From: Patescibacteria group bacterium
GTDB lineage: Bacteria; Patescibacteriota; Patescibacteriia; Patescibacteriales; UBA12465
Direction of reading: 5' to 3'
DNA: 64,000 nucleotides
NCBI GenBank assembly: GCA_041650715.1
Contig: JBAZKQ010000001.1
Span: 198,945-262,944, forward strand
Part shown: piece after piece, positions 10,175 through 18,724 of the stretch
Position numbering within the stretch: the stretch's first letter is position 1
How the letters are laid out: each line of letters begins with the position of its first letter
Made by a program: the position numbers and the translations under genes
The notes under the pieces: generated by a model
Databases searched by the model: none
What the model was told of the DNA's origin: nothing
What the model saw: the letters and a program-made list of their open reading frames with translations, nothing else

Positions 10175-10801
10175 ATGCTGAGTCAATCATTTGTTCTAAG
10201 ACAAGAACAGACCTTAACCCAACAACAACGGGTTCTGTTAGTTCAAACTCAAAGACTTAAATTACGGATTGCCTTGATCCAGGAGCTCAGAGGAGAGACC
10301 TATACTCCCGAAGGACACTGCCCTCATTGTGGGCGAGAATTAACCGCCATCGAAATTCTTAGCGGGTTTAATCGTGACCCAAAAGATTTTACTACTGCTT
10401 GCAGTGCTTGCGGTTTTCGTTTTGAGCCTCGCCTGATATGTGTTTCGCAGTACTCTACGATCAGTATCCCATTTTACTGTGATATCCAAACCTTAGACCA
10501 GCTAAGGGGGAATGAGCTACTTTCTCCGGAACAATTATCCGCAGAATATCCTGGGGTTTTTCGTTCGGCCGTCTTCCACCATGGAGGCATAAAAAAAGCC
10601 TTTGAACTCATTGGGATAGATTACCAGTTTGAAGAAGTAACTGATTGGAAAACTAAAGTTAACCCCTTTCTGGGACGCCTACCTGACACTACAATAGCGG
10701 AAAATGTAGGAGTTACTATTTCAACGATCAGGAATATGAGAAAAAAATTAAATATTCCCCGTTACACCACGGCCGTTACTTTATCTGAGGCTGAAGAATA
10801 A
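10175..10801 (+). CDS. zinc-ribbon protein with C-terminal helix-turn-helix (hypothetical regulator)
   Basis: CPHCG...CSACG four-Cys ribbon. C-terminal IAENVGVTISTIRNMRKKLNIP resembles an HTH. Q/L-rich N-terminal 40 aa. Confidence 0.6.
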   Translation: MLSQSFVLRQEQTLTQQQRVLLVQTQRLKLRIALIQELRGETYTPEGHCPHCGRELTAIEILSGFNRDPKDFTTACSACGFRFEPRLICVSQYSTISIPFYCDIQTLDQLRGNELLSPEQLSAEYPGVFRSAVFHHGGIKKAFELIGIDYQFEEVTDWKTKVNPFLGRLPDTTIAENVGVTISTIRNMRKKLNIPRYTTAVTLSEAEE

Positions 10802-10823
10802 ATGAATGAAAAGATTCAGCTTG

Positions 10824-10865
10824 AAGCTACTTGAGATTATATCAATAACAGTAGCTTTTTTATTT
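10824..10865 (+). terminator. rho-independent terminator
   Basis: AAGCTAC-N20-GTAGCTT stem followed by a T-run. Confidence 0.5.
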
Positions 10866-10958
10866 GCCTAAAGCTATAATATCAACATAAGTATTGTTAA
10901 CGAGCCAGGTTCCCAAATCATACCAGGCTCCCCACACACATTAAAAAAGGAGGTAGCG

Positions 10959-11444
10959 ATGAATCAAGATTTTAGGGTGGCGTTTGTTTTGCTCAAAGAA
11001 GAGCTTTACAATGCGATTGTAAAAGATCGCGAAGATATTGCACTGTGGCGGCAATATATTGAAGATATTCCTTTTTGCGAACTGATTGAAGTAAGCGGCG
11101 AGGAGATATTAATAGGTTCTTTGATTAAAGGTCACATTAATCTTTGGCGGAGCTATGGATCTCTGGACGATTATTATGGAGATGACGAATACGAAGATAA
11201 TGATCCAAACGATCCAAATCGGGAAACCAGACAAAAATTGACGGCTAAGTTTTATTTTAAGGAGAAGAACAAAGCTATTCTGTTTTATCCCGATCATGAA
11301 TGTCTGCCAAATTTTAAAGGAACATGGGCAGAAATTCTCTTAGAAATTATCGATTTTATTCGCCGTAAAACATGTGAAGATCCCTCTATAGTGAAAAACC
11401 TCGGTGAACAGATAAGATTGTTTCAGTATTCTCAAGAGAACTAA
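10959..11444 (+). CDS. acidic hypothetical protein (161 aa)
   Basis: AAGGAGG Shine-Dalgarno upstream. Acidic tract DDYYGDDEYEDNDPNDPN. No family recognised. Confidence 0.6.
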   Translation: MNQDFRVAFVLLKEELYNAIVKDREDIALWRQYIEDIPFCELIEVSGEEILIGSLIKGHINLWRSYGSLDDYYGDDEYEDNDPNDPNRETRQKLTAKFYFKEKNKAILFYPDHECLPNFKGTWAEILLEIIDFIRRKTCEDPSIVKNLGEQIRLFQYSQEN

Positions 11445-11458
11445 TTAGAATTTATAGC

Positions 11459-11483
11459 ACCGGGCCAAAAACCCGGTTTTTTA
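11459..11483 (+). terminator. rho-independent terminator
   Basis: ACCGGG-N7-CCCGGT hairpin followed by T6. Confidence 0.65.
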
Positions 11484-11534
11484 TTATCTTGTTAATTCAT
11501 TGAAATAATGATAATATTCTAATAATAAAATATT

Positions 11535-11639
11535 ATGCCATTTTTAAATCCGGATAAATTAGGAATCGGTTTATTAAAGCTATTTGCGCTTCTCTTCATC
11601 GCTTTAGCTATTGTTATTGTTGTTTTATTATCATTTTAA
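11535..11639 (+). CDS. possible 34-aa small membrane peptide
   Basis: ATG...TAA ORF MPFLNPDKLGIGLLKLFALLFIALAIVIVVLLSF (one TM helix). The stop lies 4 nt before the mutM ATG. Not in the ORF track because it is below the size cutoff. Confidence 0.25.
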   Translation: MPFLNPDKLGIGLLKLFALLFIALAIVIVVLLSF

Positions 11640-11643
11640 AAAT

Positions 11644-12519
11644 ATGCCAGAGCTACCCGAAGTCGAAACCATCCGCCGTGATTTAGGCGTTTTGGTCGGC
11701 AAAAAAATTACAGACCTCAAAATTATTTCTCCGAAAACCGCCTCTCACTCCGCGGCTTTTTTTAAAAAGACTTTGCTCGGACGCAGGCTCATAAAAATAG
11801 AGCGCCGAGGCAAGCTTCTAATTTTTGCTTTTTCGAGCGATGTATTTTTATTAGTGCACTTAAAAATGACCGGACAATTAATATACCAAAGCGGCCGTAA
11901 TAAAATCGTCGGCGGCCATAGTTTAGGGGGCGAGACCTACGAGAAATCAGTGGGCGGTGAATTACCGAATAAATATACCCGCGCCATCTTTTATTTTAGC
12001 GGGGGCGGGGAACTATATTTTAATGATTTACGGAAATTCGGTTATCTAAAACTTGTTAATAAAGAAGAACTCGCTGCGATCCTGAAAAATAATTACGGGC
12101 CGGAACCGCTCACATCCGAATTCACGGCGGAGCGGCTTGAGACGATTTTAAAAAAACGAAGCACGAATATTAAGGCAGTCTTATTAAATCAGAAATTAAT
12201 TGCCGGCTTGGGTAATATTTATGTGGATGAAGCGCTCTTTGCCGCCGGGATTTTACCCACTCGCCCGGCCAATAAAATTAAGCCGGCGGAAACTGCTAAA
12301 CTGGTAAAAGAAATTAATAAATTGATTACCCGCGCGATTTTTCGTCGCGGCACCACGTTCAATAATTATGTCGACTCTAAGGGCAAACAGGGAAATTTCT
12401 CGCGTTATTTGCGCGTTTATGGTCGTAAGAATGAAAAATGCTTAGTTTGCGGCAGTTCGATTATACGTATCAAGTTGGCTGGCCGCGGGACTCATTATTG
12501 CTCGAATTGTCAAAAGTAG
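11644..12519 (+). CDS. mutM: formamidopyrimidine-DNA glycosylase
   Basis: Starts MPELPEVE (catalytic Pro2/Glu3), has H2TH, and a C-terminal zinc finger CLVCG...CSNCQ. Confidence 0.9.
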   Translation: MPELPEVETIRRDLGVLVGKKITDLKIISPKTASHSAAFFKKTLLGRRLIKIERRGKLLIFAFSSDVFLLVHLKMTGQLIYQSGRNKIVGGHSLGGETYEKSVGGELPNKYTRAIFYFSGGGELYFNDLRKFGYLKLVNKEELAAILKNNYGPEPLTSEFTAERLETILKKRSTNIKAVLLNQKLIAGLGNIYVDEALFAAGILPTRPANKIKPAETAKLVKEINKLITRAIFRRGTTFNNYVDSKGKQGNFSRYLRVYGRKNEKCLVCGSSIIRIKLAGRGTHYCSNCQK

Positions 12520-12630
12520 CATAAATTAGGTAAAAATAGAGAATGGGATAGGCTGCCCAATAGTTGACTTTTAGCCCGTTTTTGTATATTGTTTATATAT
12601 ATTAAATGTATTATTAATTTTTTGAAAATT

Positions 12631-12786
12631 ATGTCCCAAGACAACATGATGAAATTGGAATGTACCGTTTGCAAAACAACAAACTACCATTCTCATAAGA
12701 ACAAGAAAGTTTTAAAAGAACGTTTAGAAATGAAGAAGTATTGCAATAAATGCAAAGCACATACTTTACATAAGGAAACTAAATAG
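12631..12786 (+). CDS. rpmG: 50S ribosomal protein L33
   Basis: [26 protein letters not shown]...[17 protein letters not shown] shows the L33 CxxC...CxxC pattern. The tracked upstream extension was discarded. Confidence 0.9.
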   Translation: MSQDNMMKLECTVCKTTNYHSHKNKKVLKERLEMKKYCNKCKAHTLHKETK

Positions 12787-12792
12787 GATTTT

Positions 12793-13917
12793 ATGCCTAA
12801 AAATTTAACCAAGCCCTTCTTGCTGATTCTGGTCGTTATGGTCATTTTCGGCTGCTACTTGGTCTTTAGGCCCTTTCTCACAGAAATATTAATGGCGGCG
12901 GTATTGGCGACGATTTTTTATAAGCCATTTCTGGCCCTGACCAAATTATTAAAAGGACGGCAGAATTTAGCCGCTCTTTTAATGTGTCTGCTTCTCGTTG
13001 CTTTAATAATTTTACCGTCCGTAAAATTAGTTATTTATGGTGCCGAAAAATCGGTCGCTGCTTATGACGATACTGTAACCTTTTTTAACGACCATACGAT
13101 TAATGATGTTTTTAAAAACAGGCTCTTTCAGGCGACGCCTTTGCGCCTCTTTAATTTAGAAAGTTTTAATTTTCAGGATAAAGCTTTTCAAACTACCATC
13201 CTTACGACTTTCAAGGATTCGAGTACCTGGCTTTTGTCCGGTGCAACCTCCGCCGTTCGCGAAACGACCAGTTTCGTTTTGTCCGTGCTCCTGATTATTT
13301 TGATCATGTTCTTTTTCTTTGTGGACGGTAAAAAAATGCTGCAGCGCTTGATGTATTTATCGCCGCTTCCGAATAAATATGATGAAGAGATTTTCCGTAA
13401 GTTCAGCATAGTAAGCTATACAACTTTGGTTTCGACTTTTGTGGCCGCCTTCGCTCAGGGTATAGCTGGCGCAATCGGTTTTGCGATTGTCGGTTTTCCG
13501 CCTTTTCTGGCCTTTATTCTTATCGCTCTCCTTTCTCTTTTGCCCTACCTCGGCTCCTTAGTTTTCTATGTACCGGTCGGTATTTATTATCTACTCGTCG
13601 GTGACCTTTGGCAGGGAATTTTTGTTCTTGCTTGGGGAGCGCTCGTTATCAGTCTAATTGATAATGTGGTGCGTGCGTATATGATTAAAGATAAGGCGGA
13701 AATTAATCCGATTTTTGTTTTTCTTTCAATTCTTGGCGGCATCGCCCTATTCGGTTTTTGGGGTGTGATTGTGGGACCGCTCTTAGTCGCTTTAGCCGTC
13801 ACGATTTTTCATATTTATGAATTGGAGTTCTGCGGCAGCTTGGAGGACGCGGGTTGTGAAGATGCAAAGAAGGAGGAAAAACTCGACCACCCTAAGCATT
13901 TGGCTACTGAAAAATAG
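12793..13917 (+). CDS. AI-2E family transporter (PerM/YhhT-like permease)
   Basis: About 8 TM helices with typical AI-2E layout and motifs (LLSLLPYLG, IDNVVRAYM). Confidence 0.8.
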   Translation: MPKNLTKPFLLILVVMVIFGCYLVFRPFLTEILMAAVLATIFYKPFLALTKLLKGRQNLAALLMCLLLVALIILPSVKLVIYGAEKSVAAYDDTVTFFNDHTINDVFKNRLFQATPLRLFNLESFNFQDKAFQTTILTTFKDSSTWLLSGATSAVRETTSFVLSVLLIILIMFFFFVDGKKMLQRLMYLSPLPNKYDEEIFRKFSIVSYTTLVSTFVAAFAQGIAGAIGFAIVGFPPFLAFILIALLSLLPYLGSLVFYVPVGIYYLLVGDLWQGIFVLAWGALVISLIDNVVRAYMIKDKAEINPIFVFLSILGGIALFGFWGVIVGPLLVALAVTIFHIYELEFCGSLEDAGCEDAKKEEKLDHPKHLATEK

Positions 13918-13962
13918 AAGAGATATAATAATATTTTGTTTTAATAAAATAATTATAAATTT

Positions 13963-14490
13963 ATGTTCGGACCAAAAACAACAAAAAATTTGCAGGATGC
14001 TTTTGCCGGTGAATCGATGGCCAGAAATAAATATACTTACTTTGCCTCCGTTGCGCGGAAAGCCGGCTATGAGCAAATTGCTGCTCTATTTGAAGAAACG
14101 GCAGCGAATGAAAAGGAACATGCCAAGCTCTGGGCAAAGCAACTTGAATTAATTGGCGAAACAGAAGCGAATTTACTGGCGGCCGCTGAAGGCGAGAGTT
14201 ATGAAAATATAACGATGTATCCGAATATGGAAAAAGATGCTTTAGAGGAGGGGCACGGCGAGGTGGCGCGTTTATTTCATGAAGTTGCGGAAGTCGAAAG
14301 AGCGCATGAAGCGCGTTATCAAAAATTGCTCGCGAATGTGAAAAATAACGAAGTCTTCAAGAAGCCGGAAATTAAACGTTGGAAATGCGCTAATTGCGGC
14401 CGTATTCATGAGGGGCTGGAAGCGCCGAAAGTTTGCCCGACCTGCAATCATCCGCAATCTTATTTTGAGGTCATGGGTGAGAATTATTAG
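13963..14490 (+). CDS. rbr: rubrerythrin
   Basis: Ferritin-like diiron domain (NLQDAFAGESMARNKY, EKEHAKLW, ERAHE) plus C-terminal rubredoxin-like CANCG...CPTCNHP. Confidence 0.9.
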   Translation: MFGPKTTKNLQDAFAGESMARNKYTYFASVARKAGYEQIAALFEETAANEKEHAKLWAKQLELIGETEANLLAAAEGESYENITMYPNMEKDALEEGHGEVARLFHEVAEVERAHEARYQKLLANVKNNEVFKKPEIKRWKCANCGRIHEGLEAPKVCPTCNHPQSYFEVMGENY

Positions 14491-14539
14491 ACGAGTAAGA
14501 ATTATTAATTAGAGTTTTTAATAATTAATTATAAATCAT

Positions 14540-14659
14540 ATGGAAAATCGCGAGGATAAAATTTATGTTTGCCAACATTGCGGTAATGAAGTAAAATTTA
14601 TTGCGGACGGCGGCGGAACTTTAGTTTGCTGCGGCGATCCGATGGTTGAGAAGAAATAG
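14540..14659 (+). CDS. desulforedoxin (39 aa, stand-alone Dx domain)
   Basis: MENREDKIYVCQHCGNEVKFIADGGGTLVCCGDPMVEKK. The CxxCG...GGGTLVCCG signature matches D. gigas desulforedoxin and the N-terminal domain of desulfoferrodoxin. Below the ORF-track size cutoff. Confidence 0.7.
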   Translation: MENREDKIYVCQHCGNEVKFIADGGGTLVCCGDPMVEKK

Positions 14660-14691
14660 AGGATTGATTACTCCGGCTTAGCCGGAGAATT

Positions 14692-14762
14692 GCGGGATTG
14701 GTGTAGTAGCAGCATATCTCTCTCCAAAAGAGCAGGCGGGGGTCCGATTCCCTCATCCCGTG
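14692..14762 (+). tRNA. tRNA-Trp (anticodon CCA)
   Basis: Acceptor GCGGGAT/ATCCCGT (G1-U72 wobble), anticodon loop CTCCAAA, T arm GGGGG-TCCGATT-CCCTC, discriminator G. Confidence 0.8.
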
Positions 14763-14770
14763 CGTAAATA

Positions 14771-14800
14771 AAAAATCACCGGTTAATCCGGTGTTTTTTA
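14771..14800 (+). terminator. rho-independent terminator after tRNA-Trp
   Basis: CACCGG-TTAAT-CCGGTG hairpin followed by T6. Confidence 0.65.
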
Positions 14801-14804
14801 TAAT

Positions 14805-14831
14805 AAAAAATCACCGGTTTTGAGGCGGTGA
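14805..14831 (-). terminator. rho-independent terminator of the PNP gene
   Basis: On the minus strand, TCACCG-N9-CGGTGA followed by T6. Confidence 0.6.
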
Positions 14832-14861
14832 TGATTGTTTGCTTTTGTCTTCACTTGACCG

Positions 14862-15707
14862 TTACATATGGTAAATAATATGTTCAAGCAAGTTGCCCAA
14901 ATTTTCCGAAGCAGCCCCTGCTCGGCGCAGATTTTCTTCGTGTGAGTGGGTTTCGCTGTCGCTATTGGTTACAAAGCTTAGGCCGAGAAATTTGGCATCG
15001 TATATGTTAGCGATGCAAGCTTCGGGCAAGGTGCTCATGCCGACAACCCCGGCGCCGCTTTTCGCGAGTAAGGCTTTGTCATATTTACGTCCCTCAAATT
15101 GAGGTCCGCGAACCATGGCGTAGCCGGCTGGCAAACATTTCAGATTTTTATTTCGATAGTTTAATACTATCTTATTTAAATCTTCATTTATTGCATCTTC
15201 GGGTGAATAGAATTCTCCAGCCCAGAGTGGCATGTCGGGTGCATACAGAGTTACGAAGCCGTCAATAACAGCGACATCTCCTACTCGAAGAGAGGCGCCA
15301 GATGAACGACAAAGTCCTCCAGAGGCACTGGTAACAATAATTTCCTTAACACCCAACAGAAAGAGCATTTCCGTTTGCAGCCGAACCATTCTATAAATTT
15401 CTGGGTCGGCTGGGGCTTCGTTAAGATGAACACGACCACTTAAAATAATTAATTGACGGCCGGCGTAATTGCCGATAATCACTTTTCGCTCGTGGCCAGC
15501 GAGTTGTCCCAGAGTCTTAAAGCCGGGAATATTCTTGAAATTAATTGTCGCCTGGATTTCGATATCCAGCGCGTTTCCCCAGCCCGTGCCGAGGATTAAA
15601 CCAATCGGGGCACGTTCACCTCTTTTGTTGCCAACGATATGGCAATTGCATTTTTTTCTAATAAACTGGGCGGCGGAGATTGCCGCTGACCTACATTCAA
15701 TGTTCAT
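14862..15707 (-). CDS. purine nucleoside phosphorylase / MTAP-family phosphorylase
   Basis: PNP_UDP_1 trimeric-type motifs: ILGTGWG, GHERKVIIG..., SGRVHLNE, GMSTLPEACIA. Confidence 0.8.
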   Translation of the reverse strand: MNIECRSAAISAAQFIRKKCNCHIVGNKRGERAPIGLILGTGWGNALDIEIQATINFKNIPGFKTLGQLAGHERKVIIGNYAGRQLIILSGRVHLNEAPADPEIYRMVRLQTEMLFLLGVKEIIVTSASGGLCRSSGASLRVGDVAVIDGFVTLYAPDMPLWAGEFYSPEDAINEDLNKIVLNYRNKNLKCLPAGYAMVRGPQFEGRKYDKALLAKSGAGVVGMSTLPEACIANIYDAKFLGLSFVTNSDSETHSHEENLRRAGAASENLGNLLEHIIYHM

Positions 15708-15804
15708 GATCAGAATTTTTTGGTTAATACTTTGGTGAATATTTGTGGATTGTTAATGGTCAAGATGTTCCGTGAATCTTAAAATATTATCTCTTATTTG
15801 TCAA

Positions 15805-15836
15805 CAAAAAACACGGAGCTAAGCTCCGTGTTTTTC
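15805..15836 (-). terminator. rho-independent terminator of adk (hairpin includes the stop codon)
   Basis: ACACGGAGC-TAA-GCTCCGTGT perfect hairpin with flanking A/T runs. Confidence 0.65.
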
Positions 15837-16385
15837 TATAGCTGCAAATACTTCGGGTATGCTGGCCTCGCCGTCAACTTCGAGATATTTGCCGCGGGCT
15901 TTATAGTGAGCGATTAAAGGAATTGATTCTTTTTGGAAAACCGCAAAGCGGCGCTTCACCGCCTCGGGGTCATTATCGTCATTGCGGGCGCCATGCTCAG
16001 CTCTCGCGCTAATGCGGCGCGCGGCTTCTTCCGGGCTGATTTTTAAGAGTACGAATAAATCTACTTCCAAATTAATTTCGGAGAGCATTTCGTCTAAGAG
16101 TTTCGCCTGAGACATGATGCGAGGAAAACCGTCGAAAACAATGCCTCCCGCCTGAGCTTCATTTTTGACATTTTGCAGAACTTTTGCCATCAGGTCATCG
16201 GGGATAAGCTGACCGCTCGCGACTGTCGCTTCGATTTTTTTACCAAGTTCTGTCCCGGCGGCGATTTCGGCTCGTAATTTATCACCCATTCCGAACTGGT
16301 AAAGGTTGTATTTCTTATGAATTATTTCCGCCTGAGTAGTTTTTCCGGCGGCTGGCAGTCCGTATAGGACGATAATCTTTTCCAT
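15819..16385 (-). CDS. adk: adenylate kinase (short-lid type)
   Basis: P-loop GLPAAGKTTQAE. NMP-binding motif GDKLRAEIAAGTELGK...GQLIPDDL. DGFPR motif. Short LID without a zinc site. Confidence 0.85.
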   Translation of the reverse strand: MEKIIVLYGLPAAGKTTQAEIIHKKYNLYQFGMGDKLRAEIAAGTELGKKIEATVASGQLIPDDLMAKVLQNVKNEAQAGGIVFDGFPRIMSQAKLLDEMLSEINLEVDLFVLLKISPEEAARRISARAEHGARNDDNDPEAVKRRFAVFQKESIPLIAHYKARGKYLEVDGEASIPEVFAAIEKHGA

Positions 16386-16499
16386 AATTTAAATATAATT
16401 AAAACAAAGTTATAGCATAGCAATTTAATGTAAATTAGACAAGAGTCTTCTTTTGTGCCAGACTTTTAAATTAAGTCCTAAAATGCTATAATAATAACC

Positions 16500-17111
16500 A
16501 TGAACAGTGCAGATATAATCAATCAAGATATGATCGGCGACGACAGCGCTAAGCTTAGCGATGCCGAATTAGTGAAGTTAACTCTATCCAATCAGAGTAA
16601 TTTTGTGTTTTTAGTCGACCGCTATAAAGGCAAACTAACGAGTTATGTGAAGCGCCTGACTAATGCCAATAATGAAGACGCGGAAGACATTTTGCAGGAA
16701 GTATTTATCAAGGTTTACCTAAATTTAAACGACTTCAATAAGGATTTAAAATTTTCTTCCTGGATTTATCGTATTACTCATAACCAGGTGATTAGCGGCC
16801 ATCGTAAAATTAAAGCGCGGCCCGAAGGCTATGCGGTTAATTTGGACGATCAATTGGCCAAAAACCTAACGGCTGATATTGATATTAAGGGTGCTGTCGA
16901 TAATAAAATATTGCGCGAGACGATTAATATAGTTTTGGATAATTTGGAACCAAAATATCGCGACGTCATAGTCTTGAAATTTTTGGAAGAGAAAAGTTAT
17001 CAGGAAATCTCGGATATTCTAAAAAAGCCGCTGGGCACGGTGGCTTCTTTGATGAATAAGGCGAAGCAAGAATTTAAATTAGAATTTGAAAGGAAGAATT
17101 TTAAGATTTAA
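16500..17111 (+). CDS. ECF-type RNA polymerase sigma factor (sigma-70 regions 2 and 4)
   Basis: Region 2 (EDILQEVFIKVY...WIYRITHNQVI) and region 4 (YRDVIVLKFLEEKSYQEISDILKKPLGTVASLMNKAK). Confidence 0.85.
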   Translation: MNSADIINQDMIGDDSAKLSDAELVKLTLSNQSNFVFLVDRYKGKLTSYVKRLTNANNEDAEDILQEVFIKVYLNLNDFNKDLKFSSWIYRITHNQVISGHRKIKARPEGYAVNLDDQLAKNLTADIDIKGAVDNKILRETINIVLDNLEPKYRDVIVLKFLEEKSYQEISDILKKPLGTVASLMNKAKQEFKLEFERKNFKI

Positions 17112-17114
17112 AAT

Positions 17115-17933
17115 ATGTTGGATAAAAACAACGCCGATTTTGAAAACAAATTATTGGCGAAGATAAAAAAAGATAAGATCAGCCCGAAACCGCGCTGGCA
17201 ATTTTTGCTCAAGGATTCTGCGGTTTGGTTGGCTGGCGCCGTCGCCTTGATTATTGGCGCGGGTGCTATCTCGGTCATGATTTACTTGTTTAAGTATAAT
17301 GATTGGGAAATATATGATCAGACCAAAAAAACCTTTTTGGAGTTTTTCATTTTAACTTTGCCTTACTTCTGGTTTATTTTCTTGGGTATTTTTATTTTTG
17401 TGCTTTATTATAATTTTAAACATACAAAAAGAGGTTATCGCTATTCAAGCATTCTTTTGGCCGGAGCCGCGATTCTTTTAAGCATAATCCTGGGTTCAGT
17501 TTTTTACGTATCTGGGCTCGGCGAGCAGTTGGATAATATTCTCGGTCGCCAAGCGCCTTTTTATGACCACGTTATAAATCGTCATATTGATTTTTGGTCG
17601 CAGCCCGAAGAAGGACGTCTGTCGGGCGTCGTTATCGGGAAGGATGAAAATTCCGAATATGTATTAGTTGATCGCGGGCGAGAAGAGTGGTTGGTAAACG
17701 TCGATAACTCGGAACCTTACTCGGGTGCAGTTATTATTATTGGTCAGCCGATTCGTTTGCTCGGAGAAGAAACGGGTGATCACGCTTTTCGCGCTGATAA
17801 GATTTTGCCGGTTAATGCCGGGCGTGCCTTTTTCCATGATTTTAATGGTCCAATGCCAATGCCAATGCCTTTACCCGGAGGACCCTTACCATCGGGACCG
17901 GCCCGGCCTGGTGCGTTTGCTCCCGTGTTCTAA
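17115..17933 (+). CDS. putative anti-sigma factor / membrane protein
   Basis: Starts 3 nt after the sigma gene stop. Short cytoplasmic N-terminus, 4 TM helices, extracytoplasmic domain and Pro-rich tail. The function is inferred from position. Confidence 0.45.
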   Translation: MLDKNNADFENKLLAKIKKDKISPKPRWQFLLKDSAVWLAGAVALIIGAGAISVMIYLFKYNDWEIYDQTKKTFLEFFILTLPYFWFIFLGIFIFVLYYNFKHTKRGYRYSSILLAGAAILLSIILGSVFYVSGLGEQLDNILGRQAPFYDHVINRHIDFWSQPEEGRLSGVVIGKDENSEYVLVDRGREEWLVNVDNSEPYSGAVIIIGQPIRLLGEETGDHAFRADKILPVNAGRAFFHDFNGPMPMPMPLPGGPLPSGPARPGAFAPVF

Positions 17934-17955
17934 ATATAAAAATTGATTAATTTAA

Positions 17956-17986
17956 GTGACCCCTTAGCACGGGGCCACTTTTTTTT
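17956..17986 (+). terminator. rho-independent terminator
   Basis: GTGACCCC-N7-GGGGCCAC hairpin (one mismatch) followed by T8. Confidence 0.55.
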
Positions 17987-18011
17987 GAAGAAACTAGTTA
18001 GATGAGGCGTA
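17985..18011 (+). promoter_or_regulatory. weak ECF-type promoter candidate
   Basis: TGAAGA-N16-CGTA (or GAAAC-N13-CGTA) upstream of the lipoprotein operon. Only a partial match to the SigW-type TGAAAC-N16-CGTA. Confidence 0.25.
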
Positions 18012-18056
18012 TTTACTGTTAGATTACGCAAACTATCAATTTTTAAAATAAAAAGT

Positions 18057-18716
18057 ATGAACAAAAAGAAAGGTTTTTATTCAGTGTCAGCCATGCTGGT
18101 GCTATTTTTATTTGTCGCCACGGGATGCAGTAAGACGACTCCCCAAGCTAATCAATCCGGTCAAAATAATAATCAGCCTAGTAATCCGGCCAACGCTGGC
18201 GCACGTGGATTTAACGGGATGCCGGATTTTGGCCAGCCTGATCGACCGGCGGACATCCGGGGCGTAGTTAAGTCAATCACCGGGAATCAAGCGGTTATTC
18301 TTAAAATGGAACAGCCCGCGGGTGGCCGTAATGCAAGCTCGACACCAGAGAACCCGGGTGCGAATCAGGCCACAGGAGCTATTTCCTTGACAGGAGCCGG
18401 GGCAGGTCCCGGTATGGGTGTAGCCGGTGCCGGGCGAGCGGGCGGCTTTGCCGGACCGGGTGGCCCGGAAGGAGAAAATAGCGCAAATAGTCGCACGGCC
18501 ATGATGGACCAATTAAAAGCGATGAGCACGGGCGAAGAGACAATTACTATCCCGGTCGGCATTCAAATGCTAAAGACTGATGTTAATGCGACTACCAAAA
18601 AAAGAGAATCAGTTGAGGCGACTTTGGCGGATATTACGGCTGATAAATTTATTACAATTTGGTTAAATACATCAGTTACCGATAAAAAGGTAGCCGACTT
18701 CATTCTTATTAATTAA
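18057..18716 (+). CDS. lipoprotein with low-complexity Gly/Ala/Pro linker
   Basis: Signal peptide with lipobox LFVATGC. Two small beta-rich segments flank a G/A/P-rich tract. Confidence 0.65.
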   Translation: MNKKKGFYSVSAMLVLFLFVATGCSKTTPQANQSGQNNNQPSNPANAGARGFNGMPDFGQPDRPADIRGVVKSITGNQAVILKMEQPAGGRNASSTPENPGANQATGAISLTGAGAGPGMGVAGAGRAGGFAGPGGPEGENSANSRTAMMDQLKAMSTGEETITIPVGIQMLKTDVNATTKKRESVEATLADITADKFITIWLNTSVTDKKVADFILIN

Positions 18717-18724
18717 AAATTATT

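Noticed and set aside
10901-10950. A degenerate resemblance to the 3' half of tRNA-Tyr (GGTTC..AATC..GGC.CCC.ACA.TTAAAAAA), considered as an attR-type remnant bounding an island.
   Set aside because: The alignment needs many indels. The segment forms direct (CCAGGTTCCC / CCAGGCTCCCC) rather than inverted repeats. The only exact match is 12 nt including an A-run, and no integrase is present. It is kept only as a weak note in the islet finding.
14766-14831. The duplicated motif ATAAAAAATCACCGGTT, considered as a possible repeat array or CRISPR-like element.
   Set aside because: There are only two copies. Each is part of a different hairpin forming the two convergent terminators, for tRNA-Trp on the plus strand and the PNP gene on the minus strand.
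17850-17869. A CCAATG x3 microsatellite encoding PMPMPMP in the anti-sigma-like protein tail.
   Set aside because: It is too short and sits in a Pro-rich low-complexity tail. There is no evidence of a functional repeat.
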